From Octopus sinensis (lineage: Eukaryota): 64,000 bases of DNA. Below, piece by piece: positions 49,755 to 63,231 of this stretch. The stretch spans positions 4,774,001 to 4,838,000 of the forward strand of contig NC_042997.1 in the NCBI RefSeq assembly GCF_006345805.1, in the 5' to 3' direction. The notes under the pieces are model-generated. The model was not told the DNA's origin. It searched no databases and saw only the letters and a list, made by a program, of their open reading frames with translations. The position numbers and the translations under genes are program-made. Within the stretch, counting starts at the first letter, position 1, and the number at the start of each line of letters is the position of its first letter.

Positions 49755-49872
49755 GTTTTTCTTCTTCTTCGTCTTCTTCTTCTTTTTCTTCTTCTTCCTC
49801 TTCTTCTTCCTCCTCCTCTTCTTCTCCTTCTTCTTCTTCTTCTTCTCCTTCTTCTTCGTTTTTCTTCTTGTT
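49635..49872. repeat. (CTT/CTC)n trinucleotide microsatellite
   Basis: Direct reading. Confidence 0.95.
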
Positions 49873-50757
49873 AGCCACCTCCTTTCTCTACTATTACTAC
49901 GTCTTAAAAAGGGATTATGCTGGTGGACCTGCCCCCGGCATGGCACAACCATTAGGCTGAAACACATGAAAGAATTACAGATTATATCTATGGAGTTACA
50001 CACATACATGCGTGTGCACACACACACACACCCACAAGTGCACAGATATGCACACGCACACAAACAATACAAACACACACATACACAAACTACACAAACA
50101 CACATATATAGACATACATATGTAGTAGTGTGCGTTATGTACATTTCCTTGGAATTAATCGTGGAAAGGGTTGTATGTTGGGTTTTCAGAGAAGCTTGCG
50201 ATTTTTTATGTTTTGGTGGAATGTGTCAAAACACATGCTATATATACGAACGTGCGGTTAAGCTTAAGAAATTCCTTCTCCCTAGTTGTTAATATATTCT
50301 TAATGAATAATTAAACATATTATTTCTCAATCGCGATAGTTTATCGGTATGGATGGCAAGGTATCACTAACGGAGTAAAAAACTACAGTTAAAATAAAAG
50401 TACACGATAAGGCGCAACACGTTGTCAAAATGCATGCAGTTCAGGGAATCTATTATACATTCAACTCTTATCTTCGATGGGATCAGACAGGCTTCAGAAT
50501 CCAGATGTGATACAATGCAGAGTGTGCGCAACATATATAAAAATGGAACTAAGAAAACGTAGTCACAGTTAATGTTTTATATGAAGTCAAAGTTTTTCGC
50601 TAGATTGACAGATATCAATTGCATGAACAGACTCTCAGCTATGTGAAAAACGGCAGCCTTTCTCATTCACCGCCATTACCCGATAGAAATTCCGCAGGAA
50701 GAAAGACTAAATATTTTACATAAACCTGTATGCATAATAATAATAATAATAATAATG

Positions 50758-50817
<60 letters not shown>

Positions 50818-50862
50818 TAATAATAATAATAAAAATAAAAATAATAATAATATTAATAATAA

Positions 50863-52726
50863 ATACTGGTGATGTAAAAATTTCATGTGGCATTTTCCAG
50901 GGTGACTCACTATCACCACTCCTCTTCTGTTTAGCCTTAATACCTAAAAACTGCTCAATGACGCGCAGTACGGATATGAAATGTTTGATAAAAATATAAA
51001 TCATCTCATTTACATGGATGATTTAAAGCTCTTTGCAAAAAATGACCAATAACTCAAGGGCTTACTAGCGATTGTCAAACAATTCAGTGATGACATCAGA
51101 ATGAATTTGGCCTCGATAAGTGTGCAAAAGCTACCTTTATCAACGGAAAAATGACAGAAACATCTAACGTTAACTTTGACAAGCAGAATGTCATAAAAGA
51201 ACTAGACCCAGCGGAGAACTCCAAGTATCTAAGGGAAATTGAAGGAGACAGAATAAGGCATTCAGAGATGAAGGAAAGGATCAGGAGAGAATGATATCAC
51301 AGAGTAATAACAATACTCAAGACAGAGCTAAATGCGATCAATGCTTTAGCCATACCACTCGTGACTTACAGTTTCAATATCATTAACTGGTCAATTACTG
51401 AAATATGTAATCTTGACAGAAAAATACGAAAACCGTTGACAATGCATAGAATGCACCACCCTAAGGCAGATACAGAACGACATTATCTGCCAAGAAAAGA
51501 GGGAGGCCGTGGACCTTTACAACTGGCAATAACAATGAAGATTGCTACAATTGGCCTAGACACCTACCTGAAAAACTCTGAGGACTAGATGTTAAAACTT
51601 GTCTTAAAACATGAAAACAAGAAAGCATCATACTCAGTAACAAAAAAGGCAAAGGAATATCTAAGTGAATTCAGAATACAACAAATTTCGGAATTAGAGA
51701 TAGACATACAAGAAACAGGCACAGAAAAATCTAAGCGCATGAAAACCCGTGCTAAAACTGCGGCCTTAGATATTCTGAATAATAAATGGCAAGAAAAACC
51801 TCTCTATGGCAAATACCCAAAGAGAGCGAATAATGCAGATATCCACAAAGCCCTAACCCATCAATGGCTAATGGCCTCTGGCTTAAAATCTGAAACAGAG
51901 GGATTTATCATAGCAGCTCAAGGTCAATGCCTACCAACAAGAAACTACCAGGCCAAAATATTAAAGATCAGCAGCAGTCCAACGTGTCGTGTACGCCAGC
52001 AACACATGAAACCATTGATCATGTGGTCTCCAAGTGCAGTCTTCTAGCGCCTACAGAGTATCTCAACAGGCCCGATAGAGCTGCACAATATATTCACTGG
52101 GTAATCTGCAAATACCTCGATTTGCCCCATGAAAAAAATGGTGGGAACACAAACCACGCCCAGTGCTCGAAAATGACCACATTTCACTCCTCTGGAACTT
52201 CACCATTCAAACTGACAGAAAGATAGATGCAAATAGGCCAGACATCATATTGAAAGATTTCAGACAAAGAACATGCCTCCTCATTGATATGACTGTCCCA
52301 ATCGATATAAACGTATCTGTCAAGACCTACCAAAAACTGAGCAAATATAAAGATCTTGAAATAGAAATCAGCAAAATGTGGAATCTGAAGACTAAAACAA
52401 TAACTGTTGTCATAAGTGCCCTGGGAATGATAGTAAAGGGGTTGATAGCTACCTAACTCAGATACTAGGAAACCCAAAAATGGCAGAAATTAAAAAGATA
52501 GTGCTCATGAGAACTGCCCATATCCTACGCAAACTACTCTCTATGTAATCTCATGGTTTAAAACAAACTTCTTTTTTAGACATCTACCAGTGCAACACAA
52601 AAAACAACCAAATATATGGCACCCTACGCATAACAACAACGTGAACTTCCAACCTTTTGTCTCTTGAGGTCTCCGGGTGAGACTTGGCGCCAACTTGTAC
52701 AAATATAAAGCAAAAGTCAAACATTT
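50863..52726 (+). mobile_element. 5'-truncated R4/Dong-type LINE (RT, CCHC, RLE endonuclease, 3' UTR) inserted in (AAT)n
   Basis: GIFQGDSLSPLLFCLAL, YMDDLKL, HHPKADTERHYLPRKEGGRG, RPDIILKD...IDMTVP...KLSKYKDL (PD..D-x-K nuclease). (AAT)n at 50734-50862 and 52727-52950. Confidence 0.93.
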
Positions 52727-52756
52727 AATAATAATGATAATAATAATAATAATAAC

Positions 52757-52812
<56 letters not shown>

Positions 52813-52876
52813 TAATAATAATAACAACAACAAATATAATAATAATAACAATAATAATAATAATAAAATAATAATA

Positions 52877-52917
<41 letters not shown>

Positions 52918-53059
52918 GTAATAACAACAACAACATCAATAATGATAATAGTCAAGACGAAGAGTCGATTCGATTGTAAGATATTTTATTAGTTGAATGC
53001 AAGAGAGGTAAGTCCTCTTCATTGTGCGACAATATAAGTGAAGTGAATTCCATCAGAAA

Positions 53060-53720
53060 CCATAACAGTAATATTATGATTTATAATAAGGTGGAACATG
53101 TAGGTGTACGCTGCGGAATGCACGAAACGCAATTTATGTTGGTTGTACAACGAAACAATTAAACAGAATGTTTCTCTCTCTTTACTCCGCCGGTTACGAC
53201 GACGAGGGTCCCAGCTGATACGATCAACGGAACAGCTTGCTCGTGAAATTAACGTGCAAATGGCTGAGCATTCCACAGACACGTGTACCCTTAACGTAGT
53301 TCTCGGGGATAATCAGCGTGACACAGAGAGTGACAAGGCTGACCCTTTGAAATACAAGTACAACTCATTTTTGCCAGCTGAGTGGACTGGAGCAACGTGA
53401 AATAAAGTGTCTTGCTCAAGGACACAACGCGTCGCCGGGAATCGAACTCACAACCTTACGATCATGAGCCGAATGCCCTAACCACTAAGCCACGCGCCCT
53501 CACTTAAACAGAATGTTTAATGAACAAAGACTCGACCTCAGGCACGATAACAGTAGTTTGACAGCACTTGCTGAACATTTCGTTTGAAGCGGCTGCAAAT
53601 TTGAAGAAGACTTTAAAGTGCATATTCTCAGAAAATATTCTGAATCTGCTTAGCTTTCACTTCTCAGAATGTATGATGAGAGATATGTTTGCAGGTAATT
53701 AACATCACGCCCTGGAGAAA
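53060..53720 (+). mobile_element. Decayed PLE GIY-YIG fragment split by a SINE
   Basis: Removing 53174-53518 joins IYVGCTTKQLNRMFNEQRLDLRHDNSSLTALAEHFV*SGCKFEEDFKVHIL in one frame. Confidence 0.7.
53174..53503 (-). mobile_element. Young full-length tRNA-derived SINE with 15-bp TSD
   Basis: TSD TTAAACAGAATGTTT at 53159-53173 and 53504-53518. Nearly identical to 47469-47794. Confidence 0.93.
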
Positions 53721-54339
53721 TGAATAAGATGACAGGAGAATATCATCAAATTTATACAAAACTATTTGATTAAATATTCTTGTTTCTCTCATTTTCTTTC
53801 CTTTTTTCTGTCGTCATTTTTCTCTTCTTTCCTGCTCTCTTTTTCTTTTCACCTGTTATAAAATTGTAACTTAAAATCTGATGATTTCATTCCATCAATG
53901 TGTGGACGCTGGTTCTCTCGTTCATAATTTACATTTACATTTCTATATATTTTTTTTATTTTTATCACATCTTATGTTGAACTTGACAAAGACAGACTTA
54001 CTGTTGAAATGTCGTTCAGTTAATAAAATATCTTACAATCGAATCGCACTCTTCGTCTTGACTGTTTACCTTTGTGAAAAGTTACGTCAATCTTTTTAAA
54101 AAATAATAACACTAATAACAACAACAACAACAACAAATATTTAGATAATCAGCTGCTTCTTTAGAATGGAAAGAAGTGAGAGAAAAAATAGATGAACTAG
54201 GAACGAATTCAATATAGTTGGGTCGAGATTACGACACCCTCTGACGGGATCACTACTATAGTTGTAGTCTCACATAGTCAGCGCATTCGTAGTTTGGTCT
54301 TCAAAGTCCAGGTAGAGAACAGTTCGAGTTGGAAATATT

Positions 54340-55066
54340 CTTTTTTTTTTCCTTCTCTAGGCACAAGGCTCGAAATTTTTGGAGAGGGTACCAGTCGATT
54401 AGATTGACCCCAGTACGGAACTGGTACTAATAGTTTTTATTCTAAGCAAAAGGGCTGAGATTTGGGGGAGGAGGCCAGTCGATTAGATCGACCCCAAACG
54501 AATCTCGTACTGAATTTAACGACCCCGAAAGGATAAAAGGCAAAGTGACCTCGGTGGAATTCGAACTCAGAACGTAGCGGCAGACGAAATACCAATTTCT
54601 TTACTACCCTCAAGGGCCTAAACACTGAGGGGACAAACAAGGACAGACAGACGAATTAAGTCAATTATATCGACTCCAGTGCGTAAATGGTGCTTATTTA
54701 ATCGATCCCGAAATGGTGAAAGGCAAAGACGACAGGGGCGGAATATGAACTCAGAACGTAGTGGCAGACGAGATACGGCTACACATTTCGCCCGGCGTCG
54801 TAACGATTCTACCAGCTCGTCGCGTTATCGCATTTCTTTACTACCCACAAGGGGCTAAACACAGAGAGGACAAACAAGGAGAGACAAACAGATTAAGTCG
54901 ATTACAGCGACCCCAGTGCGTAACTGGTACTTATTTAATCGATCCCAAAAGGATGAAAGGCAAAGTCGACCACGGCGGAATTTGAACTTAGAACGTAGCT
55001 GCAGACGAAATACCGCTAAGCATTTCGCCCAGCGTGCTAACATTTCTGCCAGCTCGACGCCTTGTT
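54340..55066 (-). mobile_element. Multimeric (3-4 unit) SINE chain with one 14-bp TSD, inside the 5' LTR
   Basis: TSD GAGTTGGAAATATT at 54326-54339 and 55067-55080. Confidence 0.88.
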
Positions 55067-58000
55067 GAGTTGGAAATATTGATTGTTGGTTCGTTACGTG
55101 TGTCTTACTGCTGCTGTTTCTATGTTTGCTATAACACTGTTACAGTGTATTCCTTATATATTGTCGACTATATCAACCGTACTACGACATTGGAGGCGAA
55201 GGGACATAACGTCTGGCGACCAGGAATTTTTGAAGCTCATGTAGATTATTTAACATTTTGTGCGTCATACAATTTGTTGAATCATCGATAACTTACAACC
55301 TGCTGTAGTATAGCTTCATAACAAACAAAAGAAATATCTACAGGAGTTGCAGACACAAATACTATAAGAATAACATTTTAATTTAGTTACAGCCAAGAAA
55401 ATCCGAAAATTCTGAAAGTTCATTTACACCAGAAAACGTGGCGAACTCGATTTCTGAATTCAGTTATTATCTGGAGGAGTGTATTACGTTTCCTGTGTAC
55501 AATAGACGGTGAGAGGAAATTTTTAATAAAGATTGCAAGTCAAGGTCGGATGAGGTGAAAGTGAGGTTATTGCTACGCAAGATAGCTCCAGCCAAGCATG
55601 AACGCTACTATAACTTTATATTAACCAAAAATTCGAGTGATATTTCTTTCCAAGAAACTACTGCATTATTCTCAAAGATATTTTATGACAAAAAAATTTC
55701 CTTATTTAACACTCGAATGGAATGTTGGAACTTAAATAATGACGATGATGATTTGAATACATAAGCCGGAATAGTCGACCGTATGTGTGAAAACCTTAAA
55801 CTTCAGGAACTCACTCAGGATATTTTCAAATCACTAATCATCGTATAAGGCCTTAGAGCAACCGAAGACAGAGATTCGGTTAAGGATTCTCTCAAAAATT
55901 AAACGAGCGACGAAACATAACCCTAAAGATCATTGTAGAAGAATGTCAAACACTAGTAAACCTGAAGTACGACGTGAAAAAAATTAAAGAAAATGATGCC
56001 GCAAAAATATAGATGTGTCAACCCGGAAAGTTAAACCAAATCAGAGTGCTAGCATCTGATCCATGTTACGGACGTGAAGGCCTACTATTCAGAAAACAGT
56101 GGGCGTTTAAAAACAGAAAATACTACAGTTGTTAGAAACTTGGTCACAAGAGCTCACAGTGTCGAAAGCAAAATTTTTAAGCTGTTTTCAGCTGAAAGTG
56201 AATACGACACACACAAAATAGGAAATTCGTACACGTAAAAATAAATTGTGTAAATATTAACCTACAGTTTGATACGGGTAGTGATATTTCAATCATGAAT
56301 GCGGATAAATTGAGAAAAATTAGGAAACCGAGGTTACGTAAAACACCGAAAATTCCTCGTGGCTTGCCGGGCGATCAATTACATGTCATGGGCAAAGTTT
56401 GTATAGACGTCATATTTCCAGGTGAAATATGTAAGCAAAAATATTAATTGTGGAGATAACAATCCATCTGTTTGGTACAGAATGGTTGAAATTATTTGAC
56501 TTATGGCACCTCCCCATCCGTTCCTACTGCAAAAAATTTATTAGTGGTCTCGTTAAAAATAAATCGCCTAAGAGAGAATTGAAAAACATGTTTCCTCAAG
56601 TGCTATCGGAAAAGACGGAAGCCTGCATTCAAATAACGCAAAACGCTGAGCCTGTATTTAAATCTAACAAAAATCTACCGTTCGCAGCGAATGAAATCAT
56701 ACATGAAGAGTTGGACAGCCTGTAAAAGAGTACAATCATAAAAAAGCTGAATGTCCGACCTGCTGAGTGAAGACGCAATAAAGAATACACCACCTCCGAT
56801 AAATATACCAACTTTGCAAGCGTCTCTTGAGCTGCGAAACTACAACCAGAACTACATTCCTAACATTCGCGAATTAAGAGATCCTTTGAATGACTTACTA
56901 CAGAAAGAAGTAATGTGGAATTGGTCGGTTAAATGCCAAAACGCTTTTGAATAAAAAAAATGTAATCGCAAATATCTCCACCTCATTTCGACCCCGAAGT
57001 GGGTATTTTTGTAGCGCCTGATGCTTTGTAGTACACAATTAGAGCTGTTTTGCTACACAAGTATAAAGATGGAACAGCGTAATCAGTGATTTATGTTTTG
57101 CTCTCCTTGATGGCGGCAGAGAAAAAAATATAGTCAGATAGCAAAAGAAGCCTTGTCGATTAGTTTTGCTGTAAAAATCTTCCAATGGTTTCTATATGGT
57201 ACAAAGGTTTATGTTACAAATAGATCATCTGCCATTGCTATCAATTTAGGGATCAAAGAAAGGGTTACCTACCCATACATCGATCCGACTACAATATGAC
57301 TTAATTATAAGTTTAAAATGCAGTATATTCCGTCGCAATAAATTGATCAGGCGAATTGTCTATCGAGATAAATTAAAAAAAAATACAGAACCACCAGAGG
57401 TGATAACTGCACTGCATGCAGAAAATGAAACAAAAAGTATTATGAGTAGTGTTATCCAACTAATTGCCAGTTTCTGCACACAATAGAAGAATGAAATCTG
57501 TAGGCGCTGATTATACTGCAAAAATATGAAAGTAGCTTTAAAAGATAAGGAGAATAAAAATACAAATTCGAGTAGGTTCCCAATATGCAACGATATTCTG
57601 ATGTATGCGCAAATAGTTGTCGTGCCAGATACTTTACAAATACGTGTATGGCAGCAAATCCACATCAGACTACCGGGAGTGTTGAGGATAAAAGCTCTGA
57701 TGAGGTGCCACGCTTATTGGCCGACTATGGACTAGGATATCGAAAATTTGGCGATAACTTGTTAAGGATGCACGCTCGCGGCCAAAACATCGTTGGTAAA
57801 ATATCAATCGTGGCCGGAGACTGAGAACAGATGGTCTAGGTTACTTATCGACTATGCTGGAGCGGTGAAAGTCCCTTACTATCTAATCGTGATAGAAAGC
57901 TGAACAAAGTGGCCAGAGGTATGCAGGTGCAAAAAACCAACTGCTAAGACAGATATAAGTTTCCTGTCAGAATTATTTGCGCGATAAGGCGTTTCAGACA

Positions 58001-58765
58001 CGGTACTTTCTGATAATGGAAGAGAATTCTCGGGACTTGAAATGAAGAACCTCTATAAAATGCATGTGATAAAGCATATTGTCATTCGACCCTATCACCG
58101 GAGATGAAATGGGCAGGTAGAAAGATTCAGGGACACGTTCAAAGAGTCTAATGAAAAGCTAGGAACGAATTAAATAACGACGGAACACTAAAAAATTTCT
58201 TAAGTGTATATAGAGTAACCACCAATCCTATAAGAAATTCAGGGAAGTCCCCCGCAGAGTTGATATTCCCGAGAAGAATAAAATTGATTTTTGGTAAGTT
58301 ATTGCCAGAGAAAAAAGATGTAAAAGAAATACGAACGCGGCAACGAAATATTTCGAAGCAAGAGCGTGCATTTTAAAACCTACAAAAGTAGTAATGATGG
58401 CTGAGAATATGGCCTTTTAACAAAAAAGTAAGAAGTATGATGGAACTAATTAAAGGACTACGCTGGGAGCATAAGAGACGCATTCATCAGCTAAAGAAGA
58501 GACATACCGGAGAACGTAGAGACAATCGTATGGGAGTATTTTTTATGTATTTGATGACCCAGCTCCGAAAGTAATAGAGTCTCGTATAACCAGCATGAGA
58601 AAACGGAAGCTGACCGAGCACCTTGAGATGAAGCCGAAGCGAAAATATACGAAAAAATAAAAAGTCGAATGTAATGAAGTTTGAATGATGATGATGATGA
58701 TGATGCGGGAAAATTAATGAGTGAAGGATAATTGATTATGAAGTTGGTCATATATTTAATTGATT

Positions 58766-58794
58766 ACTAACAGAAAATCCCGGCGTTGCTCTGG
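58766..58794 (-). mobile_element. Possible Helitron-like 3' end motif
   Basis: ACTAACAGAAAATCCCGGCGTTGCTCTGG resembles the reverse complement of a CCGGGCAACGCCGGG...CTAG|T terminus (here TTAG). Confidence 0.4.
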
Positions 58795-59222
58795 TGAAAG
58801 ATAACACGATTTCATTAAGAAATGTCATAAATAATTTTTTCGTTATAACTCTTGTAATTAACGGTTTTAACATGACTGGCATAACGAATTCTATAAGAAC
58901 TCAAAATCTCTAAATGGGATGTTCCGACGAGAGTACAATATCCTCTGACGAGCATAGACGGGACTACTACATATAAATAGTAACGGTCTGACGTAGTTGG
59001 TGATTTCGTAGTTTCATCTCGGAAGTCCAGGTACAGTTTACAGTTCGAGTTAGTGTGTTCGAAATATTGATTTTGTTTCTTCAAACATTTTTAGTTAGTT
59101 GCGTGTTTGTTATCACCGGTATTTATATTTTCTATTATTATAACACTGTTACAGGTTATTCTTTATCTCTCATCGGCAATATCAAACGTACTACGATATT
59201 GGGAGTGTAAGAATATAACAAT

Positions 59223-59447
<225 letters not shown>

Positions 59448-60613
59448 GCGTATTCCTAAGTTTATTCATATATTACAGCTGTTTGTAACCTATTATTTTT
59501 AATGACCAACATTTTCCAATTTCATAGTTGGCCTTGGCAGACTTCAGCCACATCTCTGTTGTACTCTTGGGATATTCTTTTGTTTGTAAAATTATTTTTC
59601 ATGTGATGATAACGTTTTTTTTTATGGCGTAATGTTCTCGTTCTTCTATTAAAATTGATTCTCAAAAAAAAAAAAACTGTAATGAGCTGACAATAATTCA
59701 TCGTATGTTATTATTCCTTTGATTATAATGTACCAAGGGAATTTATGACTTATCGAACTCCCTAGAGTATAATGCCAACGTACAATTCAAAGTAACGTGT
59801 GATTTTGGCCAGTTCCTAAGGGCTAAACACTCATAGGGTGAGTTTTCTCTGTTTCAATAACAGGAATCTCCTATCTAATACTTAATATCTTAGACCGGAA
59901 CCACAGGTCGGAACCACATATTTATCCAACCCTACCTTGTGCATATATTTTCAAGTGTCTCATTTTATCTGAATCCATATTTTATCATATATCTATATTA
60001 CTTACGTGTGGCTACTTGAACTATATTTTTGAATTTCATTTCTAGCAATTGCAGGTGCAATTTTGCATCCTCATTTATTAAGTTTACCATTTTGGTCTTA
60101 ATTGTTATAGCCCCCTATATTATATTGTATTGAATATATCATAATATATTAATATATTATAGTAATAGCTTGTCTTTTTCTCTCAACTTTAACCGTTTCG
60201 AATTTTAGCTCTCGCTGTTCAATGTTTTTTTTTTTTCTTATGAGCTACTGGGAGGCTAGCTGTCTCTTTAATCCGGAGTAATTGTAGAATCCCTTGAAGA
60301 GAAACAAGATCAGGGTGATCAAATTTAGAAATTACGTTACTGCTTTACTTCAAACTACTTTATTCTGTGAGTTTATCTCCCTAAAATAAGTTAAATATGA
60401 TGTTGTGGGTTGCTGCCCGCAGTGCTGAATATTTCAGGAGGTCGGTGCTCTTGTTGTAAGGGTGTTCGAGTTATATTTTTGACTCTCATTTCTAGCAATT
60501 GCAGGTACTATATTGTACCCTTGTTTATTAATGTTAACTATATTGTTTTAACTGCTATAGCCATTATATACTATTATATCTTCTTGTATTTGTGTATATA
60601 TATATATATCTAT

Positions 60614-60670
<57 letters not shown>

Positions 60671-61839
60671 ATATATATATATATTATATATATATATATA
60701 TATTATATATATATATATGTATGTATGTTTGTATGCATTTATACGTACTTATATACATGTACATATAAATATGCATGTGTATATATTATAGATGCATGTA
60801 AACATACTTATACACTTATTGGACGACAGCTGTATGAGTCTTGACACATACATAAAGTATAATCTTTCTCATTAAAGTAACACTTTTTCTTACTAATATA
60901 AAATGCATAAAAAGACAAGAAATTTTACCATCTTATATTCTTAACGACAGTTTTCAGAAAAAAAACAAATAATGTTACGTATAAAACAAAATATTTTTGC
61001 TTATATTGAGTAAAATTCTCACATTTTAAGAATGTATGTACGTGTACAAAACGTGTGAATTTTAAAATTAATGCATTTCTGCCCATATATACACATTCAT
61101 AATCTTTCTATTATTTTTCAGCAATCAAGATCTTTGATCAAAAGAAGAATTTGACTTTTTAATCATTCGCAGATTTTCTTTCTCTCAAAATGTTTTGTGT
61201 GATTTCATAACAACAACTTTTATTACTTACTAAATGACATAGATTACCGTCATCATAATCATCATTGTCGTCGTCAGCATAATTATCATCATCATCATCA
61301 TCATTATTATAATTACAAATGGTAGTCTTATTTTTATCATGTGCATTCGCTGCAGTACCGAGCGCATCACTGGGTGACTTGGGTATGTGCTGTGATCTGT
61401 TATGGTGCTCATATTTTTACGGTACTGAGACTGTTTTAAGTAGGATGTGTGCAGTGCCTACTAGGTTTGTTTTCTGTATGTTATATATACTTGTAATTCC
61501 TGGTGTTTTTGTTACGTATTTGTCTGAATGTGTTCATTTTATCATACCCAAATGCGTGTACAATGATAGGAATTGTTTCTGTTCTTAGGCTCCACATTCG
61601 AATTACCTCTATTTCCAAATCTTTATATTTTCAAAGTTTTTCACTTTCGTTTTAGAAGATATTGTCATCTGGTGGTATTGATATATCGAGTAAAAAGCAT
61701 ATTCTACTTGGTGATCTCTGACAATTATATCCGGCCTATTGTCCTTAATTTCTCTGTCTGTGTGTATTAGCACATCCCATACTATGGTTGCTTTCTCATT
61801 TTCTGTTACACTTTCCGGATTGTATTACTATTATTATTA

Positions 61840-61914
<75 letters not shown>

Positions 61915-61964
61915 TATTATTATTATTACTATTATTATTATTATTTACTCTTTACACTTTTACT

Positions 61965-62150
61965 TGTTTCAGTAATTTGATTGTGGCCATGCTAGAGCAC
62001 CTCCTTTAGTCGAGCAAATGTACCCCATGACTAATTCTTTGGAAGCCTAGTACTTATTTTTTCGGTCCCTTTTACCGAACCGCTAATTACGGGGAAGTAA
62101 ACACACCAGCATCCGTTGTCAAGCGACGTTGGGAGGAAAAACGCAGACAC
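61965..62150 (-). mobile_element. SINE 3' tail fragment (GGCTGTGTGGTAAG family)
   Basis: Matches 28473-28640. Confidence 0.75.
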
Positions 62151-62154
62151 ACAA

Positions 62155-62220
<66 letters not shown>

Positions 62221-62300
62221 GGGTGAAAAGGAACACACGAGTTGATATATATGAAAAAACAAGTAAAAAATAGAAAATGCTAAAATAATTTTATAGTGAA

Positions 62301-62348
62301 CATTTCAGTACCGGTTTCGGTCATTTTGAGACCTTTTCAACTGTAACG
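62301..62348 (-). ncRNA. Type I hammerhead ribozyme with U3-A8 core variant
   Basis: CGTTACAG-TTGAAAA-GGTC(TCAAAAT)GACC-GAAA-CCGG-TA-CTGAAATG: helix I 7 pairs with one mismatch, palindrome ACCGGT, GUA triplet. Confidence 0.82.
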
Positions 62349-62696
62349 ATTAAATAATTAAATTTAGAAAAATTAGAAGAAAAGTTTTTTTAAAAGAATA
62401 TTTCTATAGTAGTGTTCAGATTTAAGTGGCATTCTGCCTTTCTCTGACTCCCTTGTTTGCACTTGTGTGTTCGAGGTAGTTGTGAGCTCTTGGTAGGGTA
62501 GTAGAGAGAAGGCTGGTGAGGAAAAGGGGGGTGGAAGAATCTGGGAGTGCCCTGATGGTCGTATTTTGAATGGTCAGTGGCGGCTGGCAGTCTCAGTTCA
62601 ATTCAGGAGAATATTTATATTGATAGGCTTCTTTATAGAATTAGCGTAGGTGTTATACTAAAAAACATTAGTGACAAACTTAAGGGGTAGGGGGTG

Positions 62697-62905
62697 GAGA
62701 AGAAGAAGAAGAAGAAGAAGAAGGAGAAGGAGAAGGAGAAGGAGAAGATGACGATGATGGTGATGGTGGTGATGATTATGACGACGATGATGATGATAAC
62801 GATGATGATGAAGAAGAAGAAGAAGAAGAAGGAGGAGAAGGAGAAGATGGTGGTGATGATGGTGGCGATGATGATGATGCCGATGATGATGATAACGATG
62901 ATGAT

Positions 62906-62938
<33 letters not shown>

Positions 62939-62940
62939 AA
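62697..62940. repeat. (GAA)/(GAT)/(GAG) compound microsatellite in the Neptune 3' UTR
   Basis: Direct reading. Confidence 0.9.
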
Positions 62941-63231
62941 AACAGAGAAGGGAGAATATGAATGTAAATATAGCTATGAAGGGGCTGATTAGTAATGGAT
63001 TCTATTGAGTGTAGTATTTGTGTGTGTATATATATTTTTTTCTTTTATTCTAAAGTTGAGGTATATTAATTGTTTGTCGTAGACCCGTTAAGAAGTGGCT
63101 TGTATTTTGTAATAAAGAGATTTTCTTTACTTATTCGTTGTCTCGAGGTTGTATCGTCCCTAAATTGGTAGAGGGGGAAAATTCTGAAGTTTGGTGTTTT
63201 TTTGTTGGCGCAAGTATCTATGTGTTGGCTA

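Larger units (their letters stand above)
54215..59198 (+). mobile_element. Decayed Gypsy/Ty3 LTR retrotransposon (Mag/K02A2.6-like)
   Basis: Related LTRs at about 54215-55189 (SINE-interrupted) and 58920-59198; gag KVRLLLRKI...SLFNTR; protease QFDTGSDISI; YIPN...LRDPLNDLL...WNWS; RNase H HFDP; integrase H..LPGVLRIKALMRCHAYWP, WSRLLIDYAG, PYH...NGQVERF. RT core absent. Confidence 0.9.

Noticed and set aside
60237-60350. CTTATGA-GCTA/TAGC and TTGAAGA...GAAA motifs
   Set aside because: The required partner elements are missing in each case.
63138-63231. First 31 residues of ORF 63138-63986
   Set aside because: They are read from the antisense inverted arm. PLE coding sequence starts at the junction (about 63232).
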